From: Tetramitus jugosus
Taxonomy: Eukaryota > Protista > Heterolobosea
NCBI GenBank assembly: GCA_937625935.1
Contig: OW569348.1
Span: 186,001-250,000, forward strand
Reading direction: 5' to 3'
DNA: 64,000 nucleotides
Below the pieces are notes generated by a model, which saw only the letters and a list, made by a program, of their open reading frames with translations, was not told where the DNA came from and did not search any database. How positions within the stretch are numbered: position 1 is the first letter of the stretch; each line of letters begins with the position of its first letter. Shown piece by piece: positions 21,698 through 33,688 of this stretch. Position numbers and translations under genes: made by a program.

Positions 21698-22933
21698 TCA
21701 ATCTTTTCTCTTGAGTTGCTTTACTGTCAAGAACTTGACAGCTACGGCAGTAGAGATGAGCAATAGTAGAACACTAGCCATATTTACACCCCATATCACA
21801 CTCCACATGGTTCCAATGACAAACGAAGCGATACACAGAGTAGCGTAACCATAGACGAGGTTTGTTCTCTCTGGCAAATCACCAAGCACAAAGTTGGCAA
21901 CAATTAAACTCCAGACAATGACTCCAATCCTCGATAACAAGAGATTGGTCCACTTATGCCAAAACAGTTCATCATTCATCATTTTGTTTGGTGAGACAAG
22001 TCCCTTATGACCAAAGCCAATCTTGTAACCATTCGATGCGACATAGGGCACTAAAACACCATCACTGTTCTGCTTTGCCATAATAGAATATTCTCTGGGA
22101 CTCACAACTCTGTAATTGAGTCGGATGTCTCCTGCTTCACATGCACCAAACAGTTTGCCCAATTGAACTTCGAGCATAGAACCCTCAGCCAACTGACCCA
22201 ACACATGGAACACACTCTCAAATGCACCACGCTGATATGACGAATAAAAGTATCCATTGCCAACATACTTGAAATTGTTATCTGAGAATGCAGGACCAAC
22301 ACTCAATGGAGGATCATTCAGTGGCCAATTCACCTTATTCCACATGTCCATCTTTTGGATCACACTCCGACTCAGTGTCAGAGCGCCCAACTTTGCAGAC
22401 TGCGCATTGAGCTCGAACGAAGGATATGGATCTCTCATCGGATTGAAATGAGAAGCTGGTTCATGGAAAAATAGACTATTGATAGGACGGGACACCCATT
22501 GCTTCGTATACGTATAGTACGTGTATGTTTCTTCCTCATCGCGAGAATTGCGCTTTGTTTCTGTCCGAGAGTGCTCCACCCATTGACAATACTCTGCACT
22601 GCGCTGCAAACGGATTGCACCAGGGAAATTCAATCCAAAATTGTGATCACTCAACTGTTCGTGTGGTTCAATAGGGATCTGACTTGCAATATGTATCAAG
22701 TGACCATCTAAATTGTGATCAATCACGGATCCATCACCTGCATGCACAACAATACGCTTCGCCTCTTGGAATGCACCAGTCATCTTCATGTGATCATGTT
22801 CCATCCGATAGGAGAACCACAGAAGACCAACCAAGACGATAGACAGAAAGATGGAGAGTAAGACTCGATGGATGGTGCCGGCGTGGCTATAAGTGTGACG
22901 AACCACTCTTGTTGGACCGAATTGAAAATACAT
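21698..22933 (-). CDS. TMEM43: TMEM43/LUMA family membrane protein
   Basis: LDGHLIH, LQRSAEYCQWVE, YTKQW, AGDIRLNY, IMAKQ; one N-terminal and three C-terminal TMs. Confidence 0.88.
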   Translation of the reverse strand: MYFQFGPTRVVRHTYSHAGTIHRVLLSIFLSIVLVGLLWFSYRMEHDHMKMTGAFQEAKRIVVHAGDGSVIDHNLDGHLIHIASQIPIEPHEQLSDHNFGLNFPGAIRLQRSAEYCQWVEHSRTETKRNSRDEEETYTYYTYTKQWVSRPINSLFFHEPASHFNPMRDPYPSFELNAQSAKLGALTLSRSVIQKMDMWNKVNWPLNDPPLSVGPAFSDNNFKYVGNGYFYSSYQRGAFESVFHVLGQLAEGSMLEVQLGKLFGACEAGDIRLNYRVVSPREYSIMAKQNSDGVLVPYVASNGYKIGFGHKGLVSPNKMMNDELFWHKWTNLLLSRIGVIVWSLIVANFVLGDLPERTNLVYGYATLCIASFVIGTMWSVIWGVNMASVLLLLISTAVAVKFLTVKQLKRKD

Positions 22934-23405
22934 TTGCTGTTGATTTTTGTGTGATTTTGTGAGAGATTATCCCAAAACGCCAAATCTCTTGCTTGAAGTA
23001 GGCTTGGACCTTGGAAGTTGACGAAGTTAATCCCGTTCCTCCAAATCAAAACTGGATCGAGTGATGGACACGTGTGATGCTTGAAGGTGCAGGAAACAAG
23101 TGAGAACTTGAATTGACCTCTCGCCCAGTGTTCTCTTCTCATTAGAACTCACACGAAGATTTCCTCCGCGTCCCCAATATTCCGTTCAAAGCACTTCCCT
23201 CAAAAATAGGTGCGCGTCACAGATGCGCTCATTTTTAGTCTTCCTCCAAAAAAACAACCAACGCACAACAAGGTCGGCATTCACACAACATCACTCTCTA
23301 CCCATCACCAAGAAAGCTTCCCCACTTGCCACGCATCCAACAACAACAAACCACAACAGCCAACTACAACAAATCAACAACAGTTAATCATCGTCATAAC
23401 AACCC

Positions 23406-24212
23406 ATGAGCTACAACAATCACAGACACAGCAACATGAACAATTCATACAATAATGGGCAATACTACCCGTATGGTTACTATCCTAACCATCACCATGA
23501 CTCTTCCTCTTCATCCAACACTGAACTCATTGACTTCTCAGAGTCCATTGATTTCGTGCGTCAACACACTGCCAATCCTCACCACATTCCCACTGAACAA
23601 CAAAGACTGATTCTTTCCTTGTCTCCAAGTAGCAGCACCAGCAGTGAGTCATCTTCAAACAATCAAATGGATGATTTGATGGAGATGATGGACAGTGAAC
23701 CACAACAACAACAACAAGACAAGTTGCATGATTTTTCCAGTCAATTCTTGAACCAGTTGCAACAATCGCAGGACCTGCAAGTGCCCATCCTTGAGCAACA
23801 AGCCAATAGCAACAACAATGCTCTGTCATTGGAACCAACAAACAAGAGATCAAGAACAGCAACAACAACAACAGGTGCATCCAGTGCTGGTTCTGATCAA
23901 TACAGCACAACAGTCATGAACGATCAACAACAGAGTGACTTCTTGAAAATGTTGTTGAATGCACAGGGAAAGCAAGCACAAGAGATTGAACAACTCAAGA
24001 GACAAGTCAATGAACTCATGTTGCAACTGATACAGAAACAAGCTGCTGATCAACAATTGCTCATGTATCAACAATATCAGCAACAACAATACCAATTGTA
24101 TCAGTATCAACAGCAACAACAAGCCATGTTGCAACAGCAACAACAACAACAACCACAACCATCCTCCACACAGAACAATAGCCACAAGAGAAGCAGAAAA
24201 TTATCAGAGTAG
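23406..24212 (+). CDS. Q/S-rich low-complexity protein with short coiled coil
   Basis: 268-aa ATG ORF; QAQEIEQLKRQVNEL coiled coil; KRSRK NLS-like motif. Confidence 0.7.
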   Translation: MSYNNHRHSNMNNSYNNGQYYPYGYYPNHHHDSSSSSNTELIDFSESIDFVRQHTANPHHIPTEQQRLILSLSPSSSTSSESSSNNQMDDLMEMMDSEPQQQQQDKLHDFSSQFLNQLQQSQDLQVPILEQQANSNNNALSLEPTNKRSRTATTTTGASSAGSDQYSTTVMNDQQQSDFLKMLLNAQGKQAQEIEQLKRQVNELMLQLIQKQAADQQLLMYQQYQQQQYQLYQYQQQQQAMLQQQQQQQPQPSSTQNNSHKRSRKLSE

Positions 24213-24570
24213 TAGAGCTGTTGATGATGGTTCGTGCAGTAGAGTACTCTACACGCACGCAACACACACGACGACTCACTCTCCTTTTTTTTCTGAATTT
24301 TTTTTAACTGGGCTTTTTGGTCAAGAAGGTTGACTGACTGAGATTGTATGGCTTGGAGCTTCACATCACTTCAAATTGGTCCGTTATTCGCGCAGTACAC
24401 ACTTTTACTCCCCCAAGACAGTATGGCGATCCACCATCACATTGCATTGAATGCATGATTGGTCTGGAGGAACACCATCACCTCTCTCTCCATCCTGATG
24501 ACATGATCATTCAACATGTTCATGTTCAACATTCAGGTTTCTCGAACAATACAAAAATTTTTATTAATAA

Positions 24571-25782
24571 CTAAATACCTAACTGTGAATACAAATCGTC
24601 AAAAGAGTCTTTCGTGGTCGCCTTATTGTCACTCTGTTTGCCCTTTTTCTTCTTTTTCTTGTTATTTTTGTTTGGAGGCTTTGGTGTGCTTGCTTGTGAC
24701 TCATTGACCGTAGTTGACGCTTCGTTTTGTGGTTGTACAGCATTGGTTGTAGTGGCCTCTGTTGGCTCGTTCTTGCTTCTCTTCTGTTTCTTCGTTTTAC
24801 TGTTGCCGGTTTGGGCAGTGTTGTCCTCTACTTTTATACTGCTCAGTATCAGCTTTCCATCATGATCTGAATCTTCGGTGATTAATGATGGGGATTTACT
24901 GTCTTTCTTGCTCTCATCAGCGACAAGCTCTCTCTTTCTTTTCTTCTGGTTCGTTTTCGCTGTGTCTCTTTCGACATTATCAACAGTCTGTTGTTGCGTC
25001 AACTGCTCAATTCTCTTTGGTGCATCACTCGAAATAACATTATCATTAGTCACGGATTGAACTAGTGCAGTAGAGTTATTGTCTGAATCGTTTGTGGTGC
25101 TCGATTGTGGAAACACAGAGCAAACACCACAATATCTGCAACCAACAATCGTAACCAATTTCACACAGTTGCGCGCCACCTTTCCATTCACAAAATTCAA
25201 AAAGGGTGCATTGGCTCTCTGTACATAAACACCCTTCTCGTCTCTCTGACGCGATTGCCACCGTTTTTGTTGCAAATTATAGATGATATCACTGTTTTTG
25301 AACCGTTTCTGTTTCTTCTTGTTGTCCTGAGAACAAGTGCCATCATTGCCCTTCTTTGGAATTCGAGGTAGTTTCACTCGAGTGAGATCCACATTTTTAA
25401 CAATGACACAATCATCCAAACAACTTGTCATTGTTTCAGTATTTTGAGTGTCATCATTGCTAGTCGTAAACATGGTGAGGCATGATTGACAAAATTGCAT
25501 CCTTCGTTCATCAATCATGACTAATGGTGATGATGATACAAATGTGGATTTAAGAGAGGAGGGTACCATTGTGCTTTTGTCCATTCTTGCAACACATTCC
25601 TCAATCTGACCAATCATGAACAAAAATTGCAATAGCAAATATTTGGTAGTGTTGATGTTTTCATTGTCATTGTTGTTGCTTGATTGCAATTTTGCTGTTT
25701 TAAATAGGTGATCAGAGTTGTTCACAAGAAGTGCGATATCTGGTCGCTCAATCCCTTCTCCCTTTGAACCTTGCTTTTGCAT
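24571..25782 (-). CDS. Rpr2/Rpp21/Snm1-like RNase P/MRP zinc-ribbon protein
   Basis: DHLFKTA, FCQSC and GCRYCG CxxC pairs in Rpr2-like order; Lys-rich tail ending SFDDLYSQLGI; ATG at 25782. Confidence 0.55.
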   Translation of the reverse strand: MQKQGSKGEGIERPDIALLVNNSDHLFKTAKLQSSNNNDNENINTTKYLLLQFLFMIGQIEECVARMDKSTMVPSSLKSTFVSSSPLVMIDERRMQFCQSCLTMFTTSNDDTQNTETMTSCLDDCVIVKNVDLTRVKLPRIPKKGNDGTCSQDNKKKQKRFKNSDIIYNLQQKRWQSRQRDEKGVYVQRANAPFLNFVNGKVARNCVKLVTIVGCRYCGVCSVFPQSSTTNDSDNNSTALVQSVTNDNVISSDAPKRIEQLTQQQTVDNVERDTAKTNQKKRKRELVADESKKDSKSPSLITEDSDHDGKLILSSIKVEDNTAQTGNSKTKKQKRSKNEPTEATTTNAVQPQNEASTTVNESQASTPKPPNKNNKKKKKKGKQSDNKATTKDSFDDLYSQLGI

Positions 25783-26177
25783 TTTGTTCTCTTGAAAACG
25801 GAGTAAATGGAGTAAATCTATCAAGAATGTAACGGAGATTTTTGACCCGCCGCGAAAGAGAAACCTCCCACGCGTGACAGAGACATTCTGAGGGAAAAAA
25901 TCTCTGCCAAGGCAATGTGTTTTACAAAAACAGCAACAACAACGAAACAGTGAACACACACGCAAAAAAAACTACCTTAGCATCGAGCGAAGAGGAATTT
26001 CGAGTTTTGTGTGTAAAAGCTTTTGTTTACTGACGTCACCACCAATCAATACCAAGGCAGCATCACTCTTCGCATTTTTCCCCCAAAAACTTTTTTTACA
26101 TCTCTTCCCATAAGAAGAAAACACAAACTTCCACAACAACAACAACAGCAACGTGCAAGCAGTGATACACCACACAT

Positions 26178-28301
26178 ATGAGTGAACAATCACCACCACA
26201 CATTCCACCCACACCCATCAAAGCCATCAAAGAAGGACTCTACATTTTTGGTAGCAATCTCAAGTACAGATGTGGTGTGATTGCGATTCGGAAACCAACC
26301 TTGAATGATTCACCACCCAATAGCAACAACAACAACAATGGTGACACTACAACAACTCCTGCTTCAGCAACAGGTCAACAACAACAATCACAGGACACGA
26401 CAACAACAACAACAAATGATGAAAATGCTGTTGTAGAGGAACCTACCATTGTGAATGCGCTAGAGTCATTTGATCGTATTTATCATTTGAATCCGAACCG
26501 ATTTTTTGGTGGAGAACGAATCAAATTTGCATCTGCTGCCTACACGTACACTCTTGTCATGACTCACAGTCATCGATTGTTGGTTGCTGGTGGTTCACAC
26601 ATGTTTTTCGAAGGTGATACTGACAGGACGCCTTTTCCTATTGCGAGCACAATGATGTTGAACGGTATCAATAGTCGTCGATCAAGGTACGATGATGATG
26701 AAGATGATGATGATGAGGAAGAGTACGGCGAAGATGATTATTTTGGACTGTATAGTGATGTCTATAATTCCACGTTTGGAGTCGAGCCAATGACAGTGGA
26801 GACTGATGATGCAGTGTCTGATGTAGACTATGAAGAAGATGGTGTAGATGAAGAAGATGAGGAGGAGGATGAGTTTGACGACGATGAATTTGACGATGAT
26901 GATGATGATGAGATTGAAGATGACGACGATGAAGAATATTCGTCCAGTTTAGAGCTGGAAGAATATGATGAAGAGGATGACGATGAACAGATGAATAGTG
27001 ATGGTGAAGATTCGCATCATGATCAGCACTGTTTGGTACAACAACAACAACCACAACAAACAACAACAGTAGCAACCACATCAACAACCAATGGTGTTGT
27101 TTCTCTATTATCTGCTGTGCGCCGATCCTTTTCTTCTCCAACGTCAGCAATTACGACAACAACGACAACGACAACATTTTCTAACAACAGCCAAGCAAGA
27201 GAACAGGCATTGAGCACTCGCAGGAAATCAGAGGTGACAAAGAAAAAGTACACTGTTTGCTCTGCATTTAGACCACTGAGCACACCTCCTAATATGCCCG
27301 TGTTCTCCATTCAACACATTCTGACTCTCCAGAAATGTGTCATCTGTATCGATGATCGTCTCACATTTTGGTCCATTGGTACCAATAATCATGGTGAAAT
27401 GGGAGTGGGAGATGGTGTGAAATCACTGTACACGTTCACCCCATTGAGACCTCTAGAGAATCGAGAGTTTTTGAGAACACAAGTCATCTCGAATGAGTAC
27501 ACGAGGCATCCACATGAGTTTACCTTTTCTAATCTGAGTCATGTTTCTCATGGCGCGTATCACATTGTCCTCGTATTCAACGGACGGTACATTTACTCTG
27601 TGGGCTTCAATGGTTGTGGTGAACTAGGAATAGGATCAACGATATCACAGCAAACTTATCAGCGAGTCAATGTTGATCTTCCATCCAATGTAAAACACTT
27701 GAGCATAGGTTTGAATCACAATATTTTCCTGTTGGAAGATGGAAGTGTTTATGTGAATGGGTACAATGCGTTTGGACAATTAGGATTGGGCAACTACTCT
27801 GCAGTAACTACTTTAACAAAGCTGGAGGATCCTCTCCTCGTCAACAACAAAATTTGTGATGTTTCTACGGGTTATCATCACACTGTGTATCTCACAGAAG
27901 ATTACAGAGTGTTTGCTTGTGGATGGAACAAGGATTTTACGATCTTGCTGCAGAAAGTTGGTCGTACTTATTGTAATTTGGTTGAGATAACATCAGCTAT
28001 TAATCAGGTGTGCCGCAGTCCCTTCGAAATCAGTTGTGGAGGTTATACCATCTTTGTGAACAAAGGGACTGATGTTTATGCTGCGGGCAGGCTGAATGAA
28101 AAGGGCTCCTTCGAGCCACAAGGCTCTTTTGTGCATATCATGAGCGGATATGGATACGAGTGCACTCCTGATTCGGGCTATTCTCATGGCTTGATCCTGT
28201 GCTCTGTTCAATCGAACGGTTTTCTACAAACAGTTTCCACTTTACACCAACGTTGTATTGATGGCAAACTTGGAGACATGACAATCTTCACCCTCCGATG
28301 A
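26178..28301 (+). CDS. RCC1/BLIP-II repeat protein with long acidic insert
   Basis: Repeated GxNxxGELG...GxxH units (GTNNHGEMG, GFNGCGELG, GYNAFGQLG, STGYHHT). Confidence 0.88.
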   Translation: MSEQSPPHIPPTPIKAIKEGLYIFGSNLKYRCGVIAIRKPTLNDSPPNSNNNNNGDTTTTPASATGQQQQSQDTTTTTTNDENAVVEEPTIVNALESFDRIYHLNPNRFFGGERIKFASAAYTYTLVMTHSHRLLVAGGSHMFFEGDTDRTPFPIASTMMLNGINSRRSRYDDDEDDDDEEEYGEDDYFGLYSDVYNSTFGVEPMTVETDDAVSDVDYEEDGVDEEDEEEDEFDDDEFDDDDDDEIEDDDDEEYSSSLELEEYDEEDDDEQMNSDGEDSHHDQHCLVQQQQPQQTTTVATTSTTNGVVSLLSAVRRSFSSPTSAITTTTTTTTFSNNSQAREQALSTRRKSEVTKKKYTVCSAFRPLSTPPNMPVFSIQHILTLQKCVICIDDRLTFWSIGTNNHGEMGVGDGVKSLYTFTPLRPLENREFLRTQVISNEYTRHPHEFTFSNLSHVSHGAYHIVLVFNGRYIYSVGFNGCGELGIGSTISQQTYQRVNVDLPSNVKHLSIGLNHNIFLLEDGSVYVNGYNAFGQLGLGNYSAVTTLTKLEDPLLVNNKICDVSTGYHHTVYLTEDYRVFACGWNKDFTILLQKVGRTYCNLVEITSAINQVCRSPFEISCGGYTIFVNKGTDVYAAGRLNEKGSFEPQGSFVHIMSGYGYECTPDSGYSHGLILCSVQSNGFLQTVSTLHQRCIDGKLGDMTIFTLR

Positions 28302-28558
28302 CACGAATAAACAAAAGACAATTTCGGTATTGATTTGATTTTTACTTCATTTGCATGAAAGCAGGTTTTGAAGACTCAGCCTCAAGTGTCACCACACCCA
28401 CACACATGCATTTCGGAAATGAATGAACATACTTGATGATGGGTGATGCGCCGTGTCGTCAATGGGTTGCATGTCTCTCTGCTCCACCTTGTCAAATAAC
28501 AGGAAAAATAATCAGAGGAGGGAGGTGTGACAGGGAACAAGAACAGACATGGGGCAAC

Positions 28559-29524
28559 TTATGAGAAGAAAGTCTTTGTCAGATCACGGTAAGCGATCAA
28601 TGCCGCACCGTGTTCAGCATTCTTCTTGTTTGAGTAAACCTTCTTTGGTGGATACTCTCTGCTCAAATGTGGCAAAACAATCTTGACGAAGTGACCTTGT
28701 TGATTACCTGGAAGTGGTACGCTCTCGTACTTTGGTAGTGCAACCTTCTTGGCAACCAAGTATTCTTGCAAGAGCACCTTTGGTAGCTTTGGTTCTTTCC
28801 ATGTGTCAGGATCAAACTCGTCTTCGCTCTTCTTTTCAGCAGATGCACTTCCTCCTTCCTCATCATCTTCATCGTCCTCCAAGAACAAATCTTCGTCCAC
28901 ATCATCATCTCTCGCATAAGCATCAGTGTCAGCAGCTTCTTCATCATCAACAAACAGATTCTTGTTAAATTCGAACAAATCACGACCAGTGAGACCGTGA
29001 CCAGTCTCCAGAGCAGCCTTCTTTCTACGATCTTCTTCCTTCTTCGCTTGTTCCATCTTGAATTCCTTCCATTTGGTGAATGACTCAAGTGTCACTGGTG
29101 TACCACCAACAATCTTTGCTCTCTCCTTCTCAATAATGTCTTCAATGGTCATTTCCTCTTCTTCCAAAAGTTCCTCTTCAATTTGTTCAAACAAATCTTC
29201 CTCTTGTTGTGCAGCTTCTTCTTCCTCTGTTTGAGCACTCGACTCACCCTTTGCATCCTTTGGTGCATCAGCTGATTTGAAGAGGGCCTTTAGCTCTTCT
29301 TCTCTCTTCTTCTCCAAAAGCTTTTCCATTCTCTTCTTTTCTCTCTCTTCCATTTCCTTCTTGGTCTTCTTGTCATGAACCTGATTCACAGTGTTCTTGA
29401 CATTCTTAATTTTAATTTGAACGTTCTTGGACTTGTTTTTATTTTTGAGACCAAAGGTTTTGTCTTCGACGAGCTTTGCCTTTGCTTTCTCAACAGTCTT
29501 CTTTGATGGACCTCCCTTTGCCAT
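28559..29524 (-). CDS. Tma46/ZC3H15 (DFRP1)-like protein lacking CCCH fingers, with C-terminal dsRNA-binding domain
   Basis: VEDKTFGLKNKNKSK N-terminus; TIEDIIEKER, TPVTLESFTKWK, LTGRDLF DFRP motifs; PKVLLQEY...PKY...KKNAEHGAA dsRBD signature. Confidence 0.85.
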   Translation of the reverse strand: MAKGGPSKKTVEKAKAKLVEDKTFGLKNKNKSKNVQIKIKNVKNTVNQVHDKKTKKEMEEREKKRMEKLLEKKREEELKALFKSADAPKDAKGESSAQTEEEEAAQQEEDLFEQIEEELLEEEEMTIEDIIEKERAKIVGGTPVTLESFTKWKEFKMEQAKKEEDRRKKAALETGHGLTGRDLFEFNKNLFVDDEEAADTDAYARDDDVDEDLFLEDDEDDEEGGSASAEKKSEDEFDPDTWKEPKLPKVLLQEYLVAKKVALPKYESVPLPGNQQGHFVKIVLPHLSREYPPKKVYSNKKNAEHGAALIAYRDLTKTFFS

Positions 29525-29814
29525 TTTTGTTGTTTTGCGCAAATGTGTTGTTGTTCTGTGTGCGAGCTTTTTTTCAAGAGCGTGTGATTTTTCTTCTCGT
29601 CGCGATAAAAAATATTCCCGATTGAATTTTGTAAATTCAGAGATTGAGCGATCGTGAAATCGATTGAATGATTGAAGTGTGCATGTCGGAGAATGATCCC
29701 TACAGACAAAAAGCAAACAAAGAGACCAACCCAAGAGCAAGAGAACGAACACAAAACGTTGTATTTTTTTGTTTGAAGAATTGAAGAAAGACTGAGACTT
29801 ATTCGTTCATCACC

Positions 29815-32800
29815 ATGACAAATCCTACTCAATCACCATCATCATCATCCACTACGATATCATCAAAGAAGAGAAGTCGATGGGATGAGAGAGAACCGAC
29901 ATCTCCCACACAAGATGAATCACCTATACTCCGAATGGTGCACGCGTCATCATCCAACAATTTTCAACCACCTCAAAAAATGATCAAAAAGTCTGCTTGG
30001 GAACAACAGGCCGATGAAGACGATGTCGAAAGCATTTCCTATCATCACACTCCGTCATCATCAATATCACAACAACAACAACATCATCAACTGTCAACAA
30101 CACCAAAGACTCAATCGCAGAGCAAGTGGGACATGACTCCAGATCAATCAACAATCAAGACAGAGTTCAGCAAGACACCATCTACTGGTGTGAGTCGATG
30201 GGATCAAACTCCACAATTTGCTTCTGCAAGTCTAAAGACGAGCAGATGGGACGAGACTCCTCAACACACTACACCAAAGACATTGAGTCGATGGGATCAA
30301 ACTCCACAATTCAATGCTGCTTCTGCTGGAATGATGACACCACTTGGTAACTCTGCATCTGCTTTTGCACAAACACCAACAATTAATCAAATGACACAAA
30401 TGACACCAGAGGTCTACGCACAATTCAAGCTTGATCAGGAGATTGATGAAAGAAATAGGCCGTTGACTGATGAAGAATTGGATCAAATGCTACCCAGTGA
30501 GGGTTACATGGTATTGGATGTGCCAAAGGATTATCGACCCATTCGAAGCAATCGCTCAACAGTGGCCATTACTCCACTCGGTGGCACGACACCCTACTAC
30601 AATATTCCAGAGGAGCTCAAACATGAGAATTATGGTGTAAATACGACAATGGTCGGTCCTGATATGCCCGAGTTGAAGCCAGAGGACATGAAACACTTTG
30701 CAAAGCTATTGGAGGAAAAAGATGAGGATCAGATGACAGACTATGAAAGAAAGGAGAGAAAGATTATGACCCTGTTGCTCAAGGTTAAAAATGGAACACC
30801 TCACATGAGAAAGCAGGCATTGAGGTATATTACGGACAAGGCAAGAGAGTTGGGTGCTGAGGCACTCTTTAACCAGATATTGCCACTATTGATGTCTCCT
30901 ACGTTGGAGGATCAAGAACGTCATTTACTGGTCAAGGTCATTGATCGAATCTTGTTCAAGTTGGATGATTTGGTACGACCATATGTACACAAAATTTTAG
31001 TGGTGATTGAGCCGTTGTTGATCGATGAGGATTACTATGCAAGAATCGAGGGCAGAGAGATTATCTCTAATTTGGCAAAGGCTGCTGGTCTGGCCACCAT
31101 GATCTCCAATATGAGACCTGATATCGATAATGCAGATGAATATGTTAGAAACACGACAGCCAGAGCATTTGCTGTTGTGGCATCGGCATTAGGCATTCCT
31201 TCTCTCATTCCTTTCTTGAAGGCTGTTTGCTTGAGTAAGAAATCATGGCAAGCGAGACATACTGGCATCAAGGTGGTTCAACAAATTGCAATTTTGATGG
31301 GTTGTGCCATCTTGCCTCATTTGAAACAACTCGTTTCAGTTGTGGAGCATGGGCTAGAGGATAACGAGCCTAAGGTGAAAACCATCACCGCTCTTGCAAT
31401 TGCTGCATTAGCTGAAGCCGCAGCACCATATGGTATCGAGTCATTTGACAATGTGTTGAGACCATTGTGGATTGGATTGAAGAAGCACAAGACAAAAACT
31501 CTTGCTGCTTTCTTGAAAGCTGTTGGATACATTATTCCTTTGATGGATGCAGAAAATGCAAATCGTTACACTAAAAACATTATGGACACTGTTATTCTCC
31601 AGTTCAGCACACATGATGACGAAATGAAAAAGATTGTGCTCAAGGTTGTCAAGCAATGTGTATCAACTGAGGGTGTCGAGCCAGAATATGTTCGAACAAA
31701 AATTCTACCAAAGTACTTCGAAAGCTTTTGGGTTCGAAATATGGCTCTCGACAGAAGAAATTACAAGCAGTTAGTGGAGACCACTGTGGAGCTCGCAAAC
31801 AGTGTTGGAGCAAGTGAAATTATTGGACGATTAGTTTTGTTTATGAAAGACGAGCTGGAGCAATTTAGAAGAATGGTGATGGAGACTATTAATAATATTA
31901 TTGCTGCGTTGGGAACTTCTGATATTGATGAGAGATTGGAGGCTCAGTTAATTGATGGTGCTCTGTATGCATTCTGCGAACAATCCCCTGATGATAATCC
32001 TGTTGTACTTAATGGATTTGCCGTGATTGCAAAGTCTTTCGGACGTCGAATGAAGCCATATTTGCCAACGATTGCCGCTCAGATGAAGTTGCGATTGACA
32101 AACAAATCTGCTAAAGTTAGGCAGCAATCTGCCGATTTGATCAATCGAATTGCAGAGGTTATGAAGCTGTGTGATGAGGAAAAGATGCTTGGAGTACTTG
32201 GGATGGTGCTGAATGAATATTTAGGAGAAGAGTATCCTGAGGTACTTGGCTCCATCCTAGGTGGGCTCAAGGCTATAGTCAGTGTGATAGGAATGGAGGA
32301 GATGACTCCTCCAATCGGAGACCTACTTCCTCGCTTGTTCCCCATTTTAAAGAACAGACATGAAAAGGTGCAGGAGAATTGTATTGAATTAGTTGGTCGT
32401 ATTGCTGATCGAGGTGCTAACTTTGTCTCTCCAAAGGAATGGATGAGAGTTTGCTTTGAACTACTCGAGCTGCTGAAAGCTCACAAGAAGGCAATTAGAC
32501 GTGCTGCTGTGAGTACATTTGGATACATTGCGAAGGCAGTTAGTCCTGCAGATGTTTTGGCAACTCTATTGCAAAATCTGAGAGTTCAGGAGCGTCAGAA
32601 TCGTGTTTGCACCACAGTTGCTATTGCAATCGTGGCTGAGACCTGTGCTCCCTTTGCAGTTCTTCCCGCTCTCATGAATGAATATCGTGTACCTGAACTG
32701 AATGTACAGAATGGTGTCCTCAAGTCCCTCTCTTTCCTATTTGAGTATATCGGAGACATGGGAAAGGATTATATTTATGCTGTAACATCTCTTCTGGAAG

Positions 32801-33192
32801 ATGCCCTCATGGATAGAGACTTGGTGCACAGACAAACTGCATGTTCCGTAGTGAAACATATGGCCTTAGGTGTCTGGGGATTGAACTGTGAAGACGCTCT
32901 TTTGCATTTACTCAACTTTATCTGGCCAAATATTTTCGAAACCTCCCCTCATGTGATCAATGCTGTCATGGAGGCTATTGAAGCGCTGCGTGTCGCTCTA
33001 GGTCCAACCGTTATTTTGCAGTACACATTGCAGGGTCTGTTCCATCCTGCCAGAAAAGTGAGAAATTCTTACTGGAAAGTGTACAATAACTTGTATATTG
33101 GTGCTCAGGATGCATTGGTAGCAGCATATCCTATTCTGCCTGATGACGAGCATAACACATACTCACGACCTGAGCTCGAAATGTTCTTGTAA
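29815..33192 (+). CDS. SF3B1: Splicing factor 3B subunit 1
   Basis: RWD-TP repeats, [22 protein letters not shown], conserved HEAT repeats, [10 protein letters not shown]. Confidence 0.98.
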   Translation: MTNPTQSPSSSSTTISSKKRSRWDEREPTSPTQDESPILRMVHASSSNNFQPPQKMIKKSAWEQQADEDDVESISYHHTPSSSISQQQQHHQLSTTPKTQSQSKWDMTPDQSTIKTEFSKTPSTGVSRWDQTPQFASASLKTSRWDETPQHTTPKTLSRWDQTPQFNAASAGMMTPLGNSASAFAQTPTINQMTQMTPEVYAQFKLDQEIDERNRPLTDEELDQMLPSEGYMVLDVPKDYRPIRSNRSTVAITPLGGTTPYYNIPEELKHENYGVNTTMVGPDMPELKPEDMKHFAKLLEEKDEDQMTDYERKERKIMTLLLKVKNGTPHMRKQALRYITDKARELGAEALFNQILPLLMSPTLEDQERHLLVKVIDRILFKLDDLVRPYVHKILVVIEPLLIDEDYYARIEGREIISNLAKAAGLATMISNMRPDIDNADEYVRNTTARAFAVVASALGIPSLIPFLKAVCLSKKSWQARHTGIKVVQQIAILMGCAILPHLKQLVSVVEHGLEDNEPKVKTITALAIAALAEAAAPYGIESFDNVLRPLWIGLKKHKTKTLAAFLKAVGYIIPLMDAENANRYTKNIMDTVILQFSTHDDEMKKIVLKVVKQCVSTEGVEPEYVRTKILPKYFESFWVRNMALDRRNYKQLVETTVELANSVGASEIIGRLVLFMKDELEQFRRMVMETINNIIAALGTSDIDERLEAQLIDGALYAFCEQSPDDNPVVLNGFAVIAKSFGRRMKPYLPTIAAQMKLRLTNKSAKVRQQSADLINRIAEVMKLCDEEKMLGVLGMVLNEYLGEEYPEVLGSILGGLKAIVSVIGMEEMTPPIGDLLPRLFPILKNRHEKVQENCIELVGRIADRGANFVSPKEWMRVCFELLELLKAHKKAIRRAAVSTFGYIAKAVSPADVLATLLQNLRVQERQNRVCTTVAIAIVAETCAPFAVLPALMNEYRVPELNVQNGVLKSLSFLFEYIGDMGKDYIYAVTSLLEDALMDRDLVHRQTACSVVKHMALGVWGLNCEDALLHLLNFIWPNIFETSPHVINAVMEAIEALRVALGPTVILQYTLQGLFHPARKVRNSYWKVYNNLYIGAQDALVAAYPILPDDEHNTYSRPELEMFL

Positions 33193-33319
33193 ATTACACA
33201 CAACGGTTTCCATCCATGTTCGCCCTTGCAAGTTCCATCCAAGTCTTATTTATTCCTTGTGGAACTCGGTTCCTGCACAACAAAAACAAAACAAAACACT
33301 TCAAGAAGTAAAATTACCT

Positions 33320-33688
33320 ATGCCTCTTATGGGATCACTAGCCAGAGCAGGCAAGAATAAGAGCCAAACCCCTTTTGTGCCTAAGACTAGCGAAAAGGAG
33401 AACCAACACAAAAAAGCAAAGCTCAGAAAAAAGTATAACGTCGAGGTGAAGAGCCATTGCACTGGAGATGATATGAGTAAGTTGCAATCGAGATCTGGTC
33501 TCACGCACAAGGATGTGGAGAGGCAGTTGTTTATCAGAGAGAAGCGGATATGGTACGAAGCAAAACAGAGATCAAGGTGGGACTATCCTTCTGAAGATTC
33601 GAATACCAAGAAACCACACAAGAAAGACAGGCAGACAATTGATGAATTTTATTATCAGGAAATGTTCGGCGGAGATGTGGAATTATAA
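33320..33688 (+). CDS. Divergent ribosomal protein eS30-like protein with C-terminal extension (122 aa)
   Basis: GSLARAGKNKSQTP...AKLRKKYN resembles eS30 GSLARAGKVRGQTP...RMQYN. Confidence 0.7.
   Translation: MPLMGSLARAGKNKSQTPFVPKTSEKENQHKKAKLRKKYNVEVKSHCTGDDMSKLQSRSGLTHKDVERQLFIREKRIWYEAKQRSRWDYPSEDSNTKKPHKKDRQTIDEFYYQEMFGGDVEL

Noticed and set aside
22934-23405. Longer intergenic stretches (also 33689-34059, 51019-51279, 62118-62510) examined for ncRNA or hidden exons
   Set aside because: No recognisable snRNA, snoRNA, tRNA or convincing spliced frame by eye; an Infernal/Rfam scan would be needed to exclude them.
30191-30311. Duplicated 28-nt segment in SF3B1
   Set aside because: Encodes the normal RWDQTP repeat motifs of SF3B1.
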